This document shows positions 29,687 through 40,200 of a stretch of 64,000 nt of DNA, one piece after another. Source of the stretch: an uncultured Gammaproteobacteria bacterium (GTDB lineage: Bacteria > Patescibacteriota > Patescibacteriia > Magasanikbacterales > UBA922). Position numbers and translations under genes: made by a program. Every line of letters starts with the position of its first letter. Position 1 is the first letter of the stretch. The notes beneath the pieces were generated by a model. The model did no database searches and was not told the origin of the DNA. It saw only the letters and a program-made list of their open reading frames with translations. Where the stretch lies: NCBI GenBank assembly GCA_964344965.1, contig CAYFPJ010000004.1, positions 11,532 to 75,531 of the forward strand. Reading direction: 5' to 3'.

Positions 29687-30994
29687 TCATTGGTCTTCCA
29701 AGCGTTCAATTTCCACACCTATACCACGTAAATTCTTGATCAAGTCAGCATAACCTCTCTCGAGAGGATAAACATTTCTTAGTACTGATTTACCACTGGC
29801 AGCGATCATGGCAATCAATATTGCCATACCAGGACGAATGGCAGGAGGGCAGATCAAATCATTTCCTTTTAGGCTTGTGGGCCCCTCCACCATCACTCTG
29901 TGCGTATCCAACATCAGTACATTCCCACCCAATTTGCCAAGTTCTAGGATGTACTGAGCTCTATTTTCATACACCCAATCATGGACAAGTGTCTTACCTT
30001 TTACTTGGGTAAGTACTGGAGCAAAAAGAGGTAGATTATCGATATTCAAACCAGGAAAGGGGCGGCCGTAAAGTTTGTCTGACAGGGCAAGTAAATTCGA
30101 AGGCTTAATCACTAAATCCACGATATTGAAATGACCATTTTTTGACTTACGCTTTCCTGTAATCTTATATTTCTGACCCATTACTTTTAATTTTTCAAGT
30201 TCTAATTCGAGAAAGTCTAGTGGGCAATTTTTGATAGTCAAATTCGACTTGGTGGTAATAGCCAAAGAAATCCAAGTCATGGCGACAATCGGGTCTGGCA
30301 TAATATGGTAAGCAGTCACTGATTTTAACTTTTTGACTCCTGTAATGACCAGAGTGGTGGTGCCAACACCTTCTATCTTGGCTCCAGCAGTATTCAAAAA
30401 ATGACAAAGATCTTGGACCATGTAGTTTGAAGAAGCAAACTTAATAGTAGTCTTACCGGGAGCCAAAACAGCTGCCATTATGGCATTTTCAGTTGGTGTA
30501 TCCCCAGATTCATACATCACTATATCGGCTGATCGAATTGGCTTATTTTTGACATCGTAGTACTTTGCCTTAGAGGTCACAGAAATCCCAAATTTCTCCA
30601 GAGCAAAAAGATGAGGTTTGATAGTGCGAGCCCCAAGCTTGCAACCTCCAGATTTGTAAATTTTGTATGATTTTTCTCTAGATGCTAGAGCGCCGATTAG
30701 GAGTAGAGATGCTCTAGTTTTTTCACAAGCATACTTGTGAATATTTTCCATTTTCAATTTTTTACTACTATCAATTACCAGGGTGGTCTTACCAATTCTT
30801 TCTACTGTCACCCCAACGCTGTCTAATATTTCCAAAAACCTATCCACTTCTACAATATTAGGGACATCTTTCAAAGTGACCCTACCTCGCACCATGAGGG
30901 AAGCACAAAGGATGGCGACAGTGGAATTTTTTGCAGTACTTGTCTTGATTTCCCCCTTTAGGGACTTACCACCTTTTATAATAAATTTGGCCAT
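29687..30994 (-). CDS. murA: UDP-N-acetylglucosamine 1-carboxyvinyltransferase
   Basis: 435-aa ORF of the EPSP-synthase family with a MurA-like N-terminus and the K..ST.KN motif. Confidence 0.85.
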   Translation of the reverse strand: MAKFIIKGGKSLKGEIKTSTAKNSTVAILCASLMVRGRVTLKDVPNIVEVDRFLEILDSVGVTVERIGKTTLVIDSSKKLKMENIHKYACEKTRASLLLIGALASREKSYKIYKSGGCKLGARTIKPHLFALEKFGISVTSKAKYYDVKNKPIRSADIVMYESGDTPTENAIMAAVLAPGKTTIKFASSNYMVQDLCHFLNTAGAKIEGVGTTTLVITGVKKLKSVTAYHIMPDPIVAMTWISLAITTKSNLTIKNCPLDFLELELEKLKVMGQKYKITGKRKSKNGHFNIVDLVIKPSNLLALSDKLYGRPFPGLNIDNLPLFAPVLTQVKGKTLVHDWVYENRAQYILELGKLGGNVLMLDTHRVMVEGPTSLKGNDLICPPAIRPGMAILIAMIAASGKSVLRNVYPLERGYADLIKNLRGIGVEIERLEDQ

Positions 30995-30999
30995 AAATA

Positions 31000-32397
31000 T
31001 TGATTTTTTGGCTTAATTACGGTAGTATTATACTTGAAAAAATACGAAAAAGCAACCCTCGCTTTATGCCTTACCCAGTTATAATACTGACTAGAAAAAT
31101 TAGAATAGCAATCATGGTTTCACTAATTGTGGCATTTTTTATTATCTCTCCCATAGTGCTTCTGTACACTGCAGGCTATAGATATGATTTCAAAAATCAT
31201 AAAATCAAAGAAACAGGAGTAATTAGTATTGACATCAAACCAAAAGATGCAACTGTATACCTAAATGGTGTCAAACTACAGGATAAAATCCCCGTCCGCC
31301 TGACCAATCGTTTACCTGGAAACTATAGTATAAAAATCACCAAAGAAGGCCACCAAGATTGGCAAAAAAATATTACTGTTGAGAGTAAAAAAAGTAGTTA
31401 TATTAAGGATATTATCCTATATAAAGAAAATCTACCTTCAAAAATACTAGATCTTGATGACACACTAGTGTCTGTCCAACCCAGTCTCCACAGTAGATAC
31501 ATTGCAAATATTTATAAAATAAAAAATATTTTTGAAATAAAAATACTAGACCCAAAGGAAGCCAAGGAAATCCTAGTATTGAGAGAAAAATTAGACAGTA
31601 TCCCAGAAATAGAATGGTCAAAAAATGGTAATGAAATTTCTATAAAAACAAGAGAAGAAAATAATGAAAAAATAACTCTTTTCTCTGCAAACAAAAATAG
31701 TATTATAAATAGTTATGCTATAACTTCAAAAAATGGTCTTTCCAAAATCCAATGGTCTGATGGAAAATTATTTGTCCAAGATGGTACAAAAATAAAAATA
31801 ATTGAAGAAAACAATATTGAAACAATTGCAACAAGCTCATCTACTATCTGGTTTGCAGACAACAAAAATGATTTTTGGTATATTGATCTTTCTTCAAATA
31901 ATCTGAAAACTACCATAGATGGGCAAGAGAAATCAATTCACTTTCCACTAAAAAATATAAATAAAATAATTAATGCAACAGAAAATACTACCATTGTGCA
32001 AAATGATAACAAAAAAATTTCAATAATAAAGCACAATGGAAAAGAGGTAGAGAATGTAAAAAATATTCCCTCAACTTTTTTTGTATACAACGATGATCTA
32101 AAAGAGTGGATTGCCTGGGATCAGTGGGAAATATGGCATATCTACCAAGACGGTAGCTCAAAGCTGCTAAGTAGGCTCGATCGCTCCATAGATAATATCT
32201 CTATACTAGACAAATTTGGCAATTTGATTTTACTTTCAAAAAACAAAATATTAGCATTTGATCCAAATTACCATGTCACTCATACTCTAGTAGAAGATGC
32301 AGAAGTAAAAAAAATGTGGACTGACATAGAGAATAGAACTCTGTATTTTATTGGTTCACACAGTGGCGAGGAAGGAATGTACGAATTAGAGTATTAA
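31000..32397 (+). CDS. PEGA-domain membrane-anchored protein
   Basis: N-terminal TM helix; PEGA-like segment DIKPKDATVYLNGV...PGNYSIKITKEGHQDW. Confidence 0.55.
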   Translation: MIFWLNYGSIILEKIRKSNPRFMPYPVIILTRKIRIAIMVSLIVAFFIISPIVLLYTAGYRYDFKNHKIKETGVISIDIKPKDATVYLNGVKLQDKIPVRLTNRLPGNYSIKITKEGHQDWQKNITVESKKSSYIKDIILYKENLPSKILDLDDTLVSVQPSLHSRYIANIYKIKNIFEIKILDPKEAKEILVLREKLDSIPEIEWSKNGNEISIKTREENNEKITLFSANKNSIINSYAITSKNGLSKIQWSDGKLFVQDGTKIKIIEENNIETIATSSSTIWFADNKNDFWYIDLSSNNLKTTIDGQEKSIHFPLKNINKIINATENTTIVQNDNKKISIIKHNGKEVENVKNIPSTFFVYNDDLKEWIAWDQWEIWHIYQDGSSKLLSRLDRSIDNISILDKFGNLILLSKNKILAFDPNYHVTHTLVEDAEVKKMWTDIENRTLYFIGSHSGEEGMYELEY

Positions 32398-32402
32398 AAA
32401 AC

Positions 32403-32500
32403 TTCCCCTTTTGGAGGAGGTCGGGAAAGGTTCGTACCAACATAGAGGATATTGATTTACGACAACGAACCCCCTCTAACTCCACCTAAAAGGGGGAGAA
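32403..32500. repeat. G/C-run palindromic element E3
   Basis: TTCCCCTTTTGGAGG ... stem GGTTCGT/ACGAACC ... CCACCTAAAAGGGGGAG. Confidence 0.75.
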
Positions 32501-32520
32501 TTTTATTTATATCGACAAAT

Positions 32521-33621
32521 CTACATCTCAATAATAGTCTTGTCCCCCACCACCATTCTATGACCAGACTTCTCATCATCTTTTTTCTTTTTCAATTTTA
32601 CCCCTTTACCAATCAAACTATCATGAATCTTTATTTCACAGTCTATATAAGCATTGTCAAGAATAATACTATCTTCTAAAGTCGTATTATACACTTCTGT
32701 ACCTTGCCCTATAGTAACGTTTGGTCCAATCTGACAATTCTCTAGGATACAATTTTCACCAATCATGACAGGTCCATTTATTTTAACATTATCACCAACC
32801 TGTGAACCAATTCCTATTTTGACATTGCCAGATATGTCTGGAGAATCATTTTTTGTATTATTATCTCCATCATTATCAAAATGACGATTATCCATCTTTT
32901 CCAGCAAAAGATTATTTGCTGTAATAAGATCTTCAACTTTGCCAGTATCCTTCCACCAACCAGTAATCTCCTTGTAACCGACCTTACTCCCCTGTTTCAA
33001 TAAGTAGGAATGAATGCTTGATATTTCATATTCCCCTCTGGCGCTTTTTTCAATATTTTGAAAAGCATCAAAAAATATATCAGGACCATAGAGATAAATA
33101 CCAGTAACAGCAAAATTATTTGGTGGGTTACTGGGTTTCTCTATCACGTCTACCAAATTTTTATTCTCATCAAATATCGGCACTCCAAATCTCTGTGGAT
33201 CCTTTACTTCAGACAAAGCCAACATACTGTCATAGTTACCATTTTCAAATTCAGCAAATAGACCGCTGATGTCTCCAAAGAGGATATTATCAGACAAATA
33301 AAACATAAAAGGGTCACTGCCGATAAATTCTTTTGCTTCATTTACGACATGGGCAATTCCCTGCGGACCACCAGTCTGCTCAAAAAACTTAATGCTTATT
33401 CCCCAGTGCCCACCATCACCAATAAAATCTTGCAAACTAGTATCCCCTGGATTGGTATTGATGAAAATTTCTTCCACTCCAGCGTTCACTGCTTTTTCAA
33501 TAGCATGAAAAATCATTGGTTTGTTGGCAAGTGGCAGGAGATGCTTGTTGATTGTTGTTGTAACCGGATGCAAGCGAGTTGCTCTACCTCCACCGGTGAG
33601 AATTGCTTTACGAATTTTCAT
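32521..33621 (-). CDS. sugar-phosphate nucleotidyltransferase with a C-terminal left-handed beta-helix (RmlA/GlmU-like)
   Basis: N-terminal motif AILTGGGRATRLHPVTTTINKHLLP followed by C-terminal hexapeptide repeats. Confidence 0.75.
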   Translation of the reverse strand: MKIRKAILTGGGRATRLHPVTTTINKHLLPLANKPMIFHAIEKAVNAGVEEIFINTNPGDTSLQDFIGDGGHWGISIKFFEQTGGPQGIAHVVNEAKEFIGSDPFMFYLSDNILFGDISGLFAEFENGNYDSMLALSEVKDPQRFGVPIFDENKNLVDVIEKPSNPPNNFAVTGIYLYGPDIFFDAFQNIEKSARGEYEISSIHSYLLKQGSKVGYKEITGWWKDTGKVEDLITANNLLLEKMDNRHFDNDGDNNTKNDSPDISGNVKIGIGSQVGDNVKINGPVMIGENCILENCQIGPNVTIGQGTEVYNTTLEDSIILDNAYIDCEIKIHDSLIGKGVKLKKKKDDEKSGHRMVVGDKTIIEM

Positions 33622-33660
33622 AACACAGATTACACAAATTTTTACGGATTATACAGATCA

Positions 33661-33994
33661 CTATTTTGTAGTAAAGTGAACCATTCCAAAGGCAAAAAGA
33701 AAACAAAGTATGTAAGCTACTACAAAATTTATCCAGTGTGTGTTTGTAAATTTATCATTGAAAAAAATAAGAATCAAACTAAAAAATATCGCTGCAATGG
33801 CACCGTACACCCCCCCCCACAAGAAAATCCTTAGCCGCCACCTTTGTTTCCATAGTTATCAGTACATAAGAAATTGCAAACACAATTGGAATACCTCCAA
33901 TTGCCCCAGCCAACTTAGGTCCGGCAAATTTAGCAATAATTAAAATAATAGCTGTAACCACAGCCGATGCTAAACTTTTTAAAATAATTTCCAT
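33661..33994 (-). pseudogene. GtrA-like small polytopic membrane protein, interrupted or phase-variable at a G9 tract
   Basis: ORF 33779-33994 stops shortly after a G9 run (plus-strand C9 at 33810-33818); a one-G-shorter tract gives a 111-aa protein with two additional TM helices ending at 33661. Confidence 0.45.
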
Positions 33995-34070
33995 AATAGA
34001 TTTGTTAATTAATTTTATGTTTTAAGATAAAATTTTTGTTCCATGCTATATGTTACATGCTCCATGAAAA

Positions 34071-35171
34071 TTACCACCAAACCAGCCTCTTAACCACCAC
34101 CCAATAATAAACCTTCATCACTGGATTGCCAATATATTTCAAAAGTGGATTGTCCATTGCTTTTTCTTGAAAATAAATTCCTGGGACTGAGTAGCTAAGT
34201 AGATAGCGATCACTTACTTTTCTAATTTTCTGAATATACTTTCTCTTCTTCAGCCATAGTTTCCAGCTACTCGACTTGAGCCAATATTGATAGACTTCTT
34301 TCTTCTTGTCAGCCCACCCTCCCTTGAATGCAAAAATCCATAGACCAATCTCAAGGGCAAGGGCCATTGGTAGTAGTAATAATAATGTTGGCCAACGGAA
34401 AAACATCAGCATCACTCCATAGCGATTGCGCTCCATCCAATAAAATTTGGTTATGCTACGGCTAAATTGATATTTATGATAAAAAATGGAATCACTGACG
34501 AGGGCAATTTTATACCCAGCAGCACGAAGTCGAAAAGCCCATTCCAAATCTTCGTGGTAAAGAAAGAAATCATTATCCCAGGTACCAAATTTTTTGATCA
34601 TTTCGGTACTAACCATGAGAGCCGCTCCACTAGCATAAGGGACTTCTTTTACTTTCGGATAAGTGATATCTCGATATTTCATCCGATAGTTATTACAATA
34701 CCCAAAACCAAGATAGTGAAACATATTGCCATCACTATTAATAAGGTCTGTCTCTGGATGAAGAAGCATGAGAGACTGAGCCAGGCCGATATTTTTATCA
34801 CCTTCCATTGCTTCTACTAGAGGTTCAAAGGCATTGGCGGCCAGAAAGCCATCATTGTTGTGAAAAAAGACATAATCAAAATCATGTTCAATCGCCCAAT
34901 CTACACCAGCATTATTCCCACCAGCAAACCCTAGATTTTCTTTCTGGGCGAGAAGTGTAGTGTGAGGTAATTCATTGCCAGACAAAGGCATGACATTATC
35001 CTCAATATAGCGAACTGACGGACCATGTTTTGGATGAGGATTGTCAACAATTACAAATTCCAACTTGTCTTTGGGATAAGTTATTTTTTTCAGTGAAGAA
35101 ACCACGTCCTCGATATAAGGCTCGCAGTGGAAGGAAAGGTAAATGATAGCGATCTTTGGATGTGAATCCAT
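34071..35171 (-). CDS. family 2 glycosyltransferase (GT2)
   Basis: GT-A N-terminal domain (IAIIYLSFHC...VIVDN) and DxD-like motif. Confidence 0.8.
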   Translation of the reverse strand: MDSHPKIAIIYLSFHCEPYIEDVVSSLKKITYPKDKLEFVIVDNPHPKHGPSVRYIEDNVMPLSGNELPHTTLLAQKENLGFAGGNNAGVDWAIEHDFDYVFFHNNDGFLAANAFEPLVEAMEGDKNIGLAQSLMLLHPETDLINSDGNMFHYLGFGYCNNYRMKYRDITYPKVKEVPYASGAALMVSTEMIKKFGTWDNDFFLYHEDLEWAFRLRAAGYKIALVSDSIFYHKYQFSRSITKFYWMERNRYGVMLMFFRWPTLLLLLPMALALEIGLWIFAFKGGWADKKKEVYQYWLKSSSWKLWLKKRKYIQKIRKVSDRYLLSYSVPGIYFQEKAMDNPLLKYIGNPVMKVYYWVVVKRLVWW

Positions 35172-35235
35172 AAATTTTAATCCTAAATCATAAATCTAAA
35201 ATCCTAAATAAAAATAACATTTATGATTTAGGATT

Positions 35236-36081
35236 TTAGATTTTAGATTTATAATACTTATGATTCCCCCGCCATTTCCACAAGTATTTTATCCAACTCT
35301 TGGCATGGATTCTGGCCAATTTATTTTTAAATAAAGCTTTGAAAATTCCAGGTACTTTGGCCGATTCTCTAGCATGAGCATGCTTGATAACTATATCATG
35401 AACATAGTATACAGGCCAGCCAGTCTCCCACATCCTGTGACACCAGTCAGCGTCCTCTAGATACATGAAATAGCGATCGTCAAACCAGCCAATCTCATCG
35501 ACCACTTCCTTTCGAACCACCATTGCAGCCCCCAGTACCCAGTCCACAGGACGGGTCTCATCATGATCAAAATCTTTCATAATTAGCTTGTCGGCATGGC
35601 GTCTTACCCATTTGTATTTCTTATCAAAATTTATTTGTTTGAAGGGTTTGATAAGGATTGATGACAAATCAAATCTATAGCACGAATACTGCAAACTACC
35701 ATCCATATTTTGCAACTTCGGACCAATACAACCTATCTTTGGATGGGCATCCATGTATTTAACAATCCGCTCAATAGTCTGAGAATTTTCGAGGATGATA
35801 GTATCTCTATTGAGAGCAAAATAATAGCGCGCTTCACAGGCTTTGAAGCCATGGACATTCCCTTTACCAAATCCTACATTACCACCAGAATCTACATAAA
35901 GAACATCTGGAAACTGACGCGCCAAGTCTCCACGAATACCGTCTACATTACCAGAATTGTCAGCAACAGTTATCTGGACATCGTACTGACAATCAACAAT
36001 ATCCGCAACCAAAGATTCAACAGCTCGCAGGATGTCGTCTTTACATTTGTAGTTGAGTAAGGTTATGTTGATGTCTTTCAT
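35236..36081 (-). CDS. family 2 glycosyltransferase (GT2)
   Basis: GT-A fold with YLEDADWCHRMWETGW, typical of rhamnosyl/GT2 enzymes. Confidence 0.8.
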   Translation of the reverse strand: MKDINITLLNYKCKDDILRAVESLVADIVDCQYDVQITVADNSGNVDGIRGDLARQFPDVLYVDSGGNVGFGKGNVHGFKACEARYYFALNRDTIILENSQTIERIVKYMDAHPKIGCIGPKLQNMDGSLQYSCYRFDLSSILIKPFKQINFDKKYKWVRRHADKLIMKDFDHDETRPVDWVLGAAMVVRKEVVDEIGWFDDRYFMYLEDADWCHRMWETGWPVYYVHDIVIKHAHARESAKVPGIFKALFKNKLARIHAKSWIKYLWKWRGNHKYYKSKI

Positions 36082-36162
36082 GGAACACGAATTTTAACAC
36101 GAATCAACACGAATATTTTTAACAAAAATTATTAACAAAATTTGTGCATATTCGTGTTAAGA

Positions 36163-37281
36163 TTAGTGTTTCCACCACTTCCTTATCTCCCTCCAACTTA
36201 TTTTTCGCCTACCTCTTATTTCATATCTCTTATTTCTCAAATCCTTCCTATTCTTCCACACCTCCTTAAGTCCCTTCAATACACTTCTGTCAAACAAAAG
36301 AAACCAGCCAAACTTCTTCAATTCATACCATTTTATCCACAAAAAATCAAGTAGCCAGTTTTGCCAATACTCGTTTTTGTAAATAGTCATTAATTGATTT
36401 TTGTAACTATGATATTTCACCCAGTTGGATTGCTTTTTTTTGTTTTTGGAGGCAAAGAAGTCTCCTGTGTTCTCCAATCCCTCAGCAGAGCGATCATGAT
36501 AAGCGACTGTATCTAGAAGTACACAAGCCTTATACCCAGCTTGTCTAAGACGAAAAGCCAAATCTACGTCTTCTTTATAAGAACCGTAGCTCTGGTCCAA
36601 AAAAGTTCCATCAGAAAACTGAACTGCCTCAGCAGCCTGACGACGAAGCATGGGGAAAGCTCCAGACACTCCGAACACTTCCATAGCGTCCCCCTGGGTG
36701 CGATAGCTAGTCATTACTTTTGGCTTAATCTTTTCCCACTCCTTACCAGTATATTTCTCTATCACCCGCCGATTCCGAAATACTTTCAAACCAAGTGAGT
36801 CAATTTTATTTGTAAATGAGCACTGAAGCAAGGAAAAATCCGCCCCCCCTTGTAGGGGGGGCTGGGGGGGGTTATCACCAAGCACACCAAAATCCCACCG
36901 CATTAGTCTAGGACTCACCGCAGCCACATCTTTTCGAATATCCATAAACTTCACCATCCTTTCAAAACAGTTTTTCAAAAGATACATATCCTGATTAAGA
37001 AGCAAAAAATATTCTGATTGCTGATCACCGCTCACTGATCTCTGGTATAGCAAATTATGACCTCCTGCAAAGCCAAGATTTTCTCTGTTTTCGATCAGCC
37101 TCACCTCAACTGGAAAATCTGCTATCTCAGCTTTGATACTAGCAGCAGTGTCATCACTAGATCCATTATCAAGTACCACGAGTCGCCAATTTGTAAACTC
37201 TTGTTTGCGTAGAGAGTCAAAAAGATATGGAACATATTTGGCTCCATTCCAAGTAACCAGTTGTACTACTAATTTAGACAT
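36163..37281 (-). CDS. family 2 glycosyltransferase (GT2) carrying an in-frame palindromic-element insertion
   Basis: GT2 motifs (VVLDNGSSDDT, DMYLL); element E6 at 36841-36876 encodes GDNPPQPPLQGGA in frame. Confidence 0.8.
   Translation of the reverse strand: MSKLVVQLVTWNGAKYVPYLFDSLRKQEFTNWRLVVLDNGSSDDTAASIKAEIADFPVEVRLIENRENLGFAGGHNLLYQRSVSGDQQSEYFLLLNQDMYLLKNCFERMVKFMDIRKDVAAVSPRLMRWDFGVLGDNPPQPPLQGGADFSLLQCSFTNKIDSLGLKVFRNRRVIEKYTGKEWEKIKPKVMTSYRTQGDAMEVFGVSGAFPMLRRQAAEAVQFSDGTFLDQSYGSYKEDVDLAFRLRQAGYKACVLLDTVAYHDRSAEGLENTGDFFASKNKKKQSNWVKYHSYKNQLMTIYKNEYWQNWLLDFLWIKWYELKKFGWFLLFDRSVLKGLKEVWKNRKDLRNKRYEIRGRRKISWREIRKWWKH
36841..36876. repeat. G/C-run palindromic element E6 (CCCCCCCTTGTAGGGGGGG + GGGGGGGGTTATC), intragenic and in frame
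   Basis: Perfect hairpin with 7-bp G/C arms inside a CDS. Confidence 0.75.
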
Positions 37282-37570
37282 GTGTATTAAATAATTTTGT
37301 GTAGCCTGTCGGCTGAAACTTTATAGAAGACAGATTCCAAATGACTAACTGTACTGTTAGTTTTGACATATATCAATACGCTTTTCCTAAAATATAAAAT
37401 TTGGTTGAAAGTCTTTAAACTACATGTGAAGCGCCTAATTTTTTATCTATTTCATCCAAAAAATTTTCCCATCCAAGATTACGTAAAGAATATAATATTT
37501 GCTCTAGTTCTTCTAGTGTGTCTATGTCTTGATTATATTCCAACAAAATATTCTTTAATCTAGACATAAA

Positions 37571-37715
37571 ATAAAAGTAAATTTGGTTTAAGTAAGACTT
37601 CATCGGGCCATCCCCGCAGCAAGCTGCGGGGTATTGGCAGAAAATCTTATTTCAACCAATGTTAGTTTTCACTTTTTCGATGCAAGCATCGAGGAATAAA
37701 ACCGCTTAAAGATTT
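37571..37715 (+). repeat. ~145-bp interspersed repeat, copy C
   Basis: Identical to copy D; the 3' end supplies the last 17 codons and stop of gene 37662-38204. Confidence 0.9.
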
Positions 37716-38204
37716 AAGTTCCAATTCTATTTCTTTGCCAATTCTTCCATAAAAAATCTCTTTTGATTTTGGCATTCTCTTGGTTTTTCTGTTTGTGACG
37801 TTAGTTACGATATCTCCATGGGCAGACGTATTGACAGCCATCATGTTTCTTAAAAAAAATTTTCTCTCCTCTTCAGATAAAGAATTATTCCAACCGCCCT
37901 GATTCAAAAAATTAGAAAAGGCTCTAACACAATCAAATCCGTAATGCAATTCTACCCATAAAAAAAACAGGTGTTGATCAGTCGGGCTTCCTCTAGAAAC
38001 CCTAAAACTTTCTGTAATAAAAGAAATAAACGATTGTCTGGTAATCCGATCCCCTTCCCGATACAAAACAATATCATCCTTACTCTGCGGAGCATTCTCC
38101 GGATCAAAATCTTCTGGTGTCAAAAAATAACGTTCAGGTTTACCTGTGTCTCGTGCATCTGTTTGAGTGACATCTGGTCTACGACCTGGTTTTGGGTCTG
38201 TCAT
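37662..38204 (-). CDS. hypothetical protein
   Basis: 180-aa ORF whose C-terminus is encoded by repeat copy C. Confidence 0.5.
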   Translation of the reverse strand: MTDPKPGRRPDVTQTDARDTGKPERYFLTPEDFDPENAPQSKDDIVLYREGDRITRQSFISFITESFRVSRGSPTDQHLFFLWVELHYGFDCVRAFSNFLNQGGWNNSLSEEERKFFLRNMMAVNTSAHGDIVTNVTNRKTKRMPKSKEIFYGRIGKEIELELKSLSGFIPRCLHRKSEN

Positions 38205-38229
38205 ATATTTAAAAACTTAGCAAACTTAG

Positions 38230-39144
38230 CTACTTAGACAACTTAGCAAGGCGATCATTCACCCACGCCATCCCAATCCCCACTGGTCTCAACAAAGCAA
38301 TCCACACCCATTTGTACCACGGTTCCCATTTTTGAAAATAACTGAGCATTGACTTGGTAAATTGCTTCTGCTTCCAGAGTGTCGTCCTTTTTTTAAAACT
38401 TTGTCCGACATAGTCGACGCAAGTGATAATTGGTGTATATATTACTTTGTAGCCATGACGCTTCGCTTCCCGACAAATATCGACATCTTCGTACCAGATA
38501 AAATAGCGTGGATCAAAGGCCCAGCCAGTCTTATCAAGAAACTCTCGTCGCATGAGCATGAATGAGCCACGGATAGAATCTACTTCTTGCTCCTGATCTG
38601 GATCCATATCCCGCATGTGGTATTTATTTAAGATGCTTGGAAAAACGTGAGGGATCTTCAAAATCAAAGCTATCTGCTCCCATAGTTTTGGCAATCTCCG
38701 TGGTGAAGCATTCCAAACAAAATTTCCTTCGCGGTCCACTAACTTGACGCTGACAATGCCCACTTCCTTGTGAGACTTCATCCAATCAAGAATTTTGTCA
38801 AGGCTCCCTGGCTCGACGCGCATGTCAGGATTGAGAAATAATATATATTCTCCTGTTGTTTTTTTTAGTCCTTGATTGTTGGCAGCACCAAACCCCAAAT
38901 TCTTTTCATTTGATATTACATGTACTGATGAAAAATCTTTTGACCTCAAAAACTCTACAGTCCCATCTGTTGATCCATTGTCCACCACAATTTCTTCACA
39001 ACTAATCTTTTCACACCCATCAAAAACAGAACGAATCTGTTCTTCGATCCGTTCTTTGGAATTCCAAGTGACTGTAATGATTGATAGGTCCATAAAAGTC
39101 TGTTTGTGATCTTTTTTCCTGTTATATTCTTTTAGAGATTCCAT
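38230..39144 (-). CDS. family 2 glycosyltransferase (GT2)
   Basis: ITVTWNSKERIEEQIRSV...VVDNGSTDGT. Confidence 0.8.
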   Translation of the reverse strand: MESLKEYNRKKDHKQTFMDLSIITVTWNSKERIEEQIRSVFDGCEKISCEEIVVDNGSTDGTVEFLRSKDFSSVHVISNEKNLGFGAANNQGLKKTTGEYILFLNPDMRVEPGSLDKILDWMKSHKEVGIVSVKLVDREGNFVWNASPRRLPKLWEQIALILKIPHVFPSILNKYHMRDMDPDQEQEVDSIRGSFMLMRREFLDKTGWAFDPRYFIWYEDVDICREAKRHGYKVIYTPIITCVDYVGQSFKKRTTLWKQKQFTKSMLSYFQKWEPWYKWVWIALLRPVGIGMAWVNDRLAKLSK

Positions 39145-39147
39145 ATG

Positions 39148-39618
39148 TCAATCGAATGATGACTCCAAACCATCTAGGACACTAACAAGTAGACCGAAAT
39201 TCAACTCCACATTCTCTTCTGAAGGTCTCTCACCTTTTTCACCAATATTGTGTATCATGATCTTTATCTCTGATAAGTGATGATCAAAGGCATCAATAAA
39301 AATAATATCTGAACCACTATCATTGACCAACTTAGCAAATCGAGAGCGTATATCATCCAACGTCTCGTTCACTTCTTCAGGACTCATCTTTTCTCCTCTT
39401 ATTGGACGTACGTCTCTATCAAAATTTCCCCTTCTAACTAACCTAGCAATTACAGTACGTGCTCTACCAATGGACCCACTGATTAATCTTATTCTAGCTC
39501 TCATAGTATCTGGATCAATTTCTAGTTTTTGTCTCTCTTCTATATTCTTTCTATATGCCACAAAATCAATCACATTGTTACCTCCTCCTGGTTTTTTAGT
39601 ATCAGACATATTTATCAA
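39148..39618 (-). CDS. hypothetical protein
   Basis: 156-aa ORF tightly packed with its neighbours. Confidence 0.45.
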   Translation of the reverse strand: MINMSDTKKPGGGNNVIDFVAYRKNIEERQKLEIDPDTMRARIRLISGSIGRARTVIARLVRRGNFDRDVRPIRGEKMSPEEVNETLDDIRSRFAKLVNDSGSDIIFIDAFDHHLSEIKIMIHNIGEKGERPSEENVELNFGLLVSVLDGLESSFD

Positions 39619-39655
39619 ACTATAGTAATGACTTTAAAAAACTTATTTACTTGAT

Positions 39656-40048
39656 CTAAGAGACAACTGACAACATTATTTTCTTTCTAACTTTTTCTTG
39701 TAGAAAACTAATAGTTGTGCGAGCTTTTTTTGTGTCAATTTCATCCTCTTTATCCATAACTAATTCCCTGAGATCAATAAAATCTTCACCAGGATCCTCG
39801 TCTTGAGCTCTACCACGCCCTTCTTCCGGAATCAAGGGGTCTGCACCATTGGCATGGATATATTTTCTTTTACTGTTTAGAAAAATGACATTTGAGCCGT
39901 CATCTGGATAAACCTCTTCCAAGTTATCAGAATTCCTAGATCCTGACAAAAAACCATGTGGATCAAAGTCATTTATATGACTAGTAGACACTTCTTTCAA
40001 TAAAAGACCAAGCTCACCCTCTTCCCACAACGGCCAATTCTCCCGCAA
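39656..40048 (-). CDS. hypothetical acidic protein
   Basis: 130-aa ORF with no ATG near the 5' end; would need a TTG start. Confidence 0.35.
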   Translation of the reverse strand: MRENWPLWEEGELGLLLKEVSTSHINDFDPHGFLSGSRNSDNLEEVYPDDGSNVIFLNSKRKYIHANGADPLIPEEGRGRAQDEDPGEDFIDLRELVMDKEDEIDTKKARTTISFLQEKVRKKIMLSVVS

Positions 40049-40055
40049 AAAATCA

Positions 40056-40200
40056 ATAAAAGTAAATTTGGTTTAAGTAAGACTTCATCGGGCCATCCCC
40101 GCAGCAAGCTGCGGGGTATTGGCAGAAAATCTTATTTCAACCAATGTTAGTTTTCACTTTTTCGATGCAAGCATCGAGGAATAAAACCGCTTAAAGATTT
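40056..40200 (+). repeat. ~145-bp interspersed repeat, copy D
   Basis: Identical to copy C; supplies the stop codon of gene 40191-40718. Confidence 0.9.
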
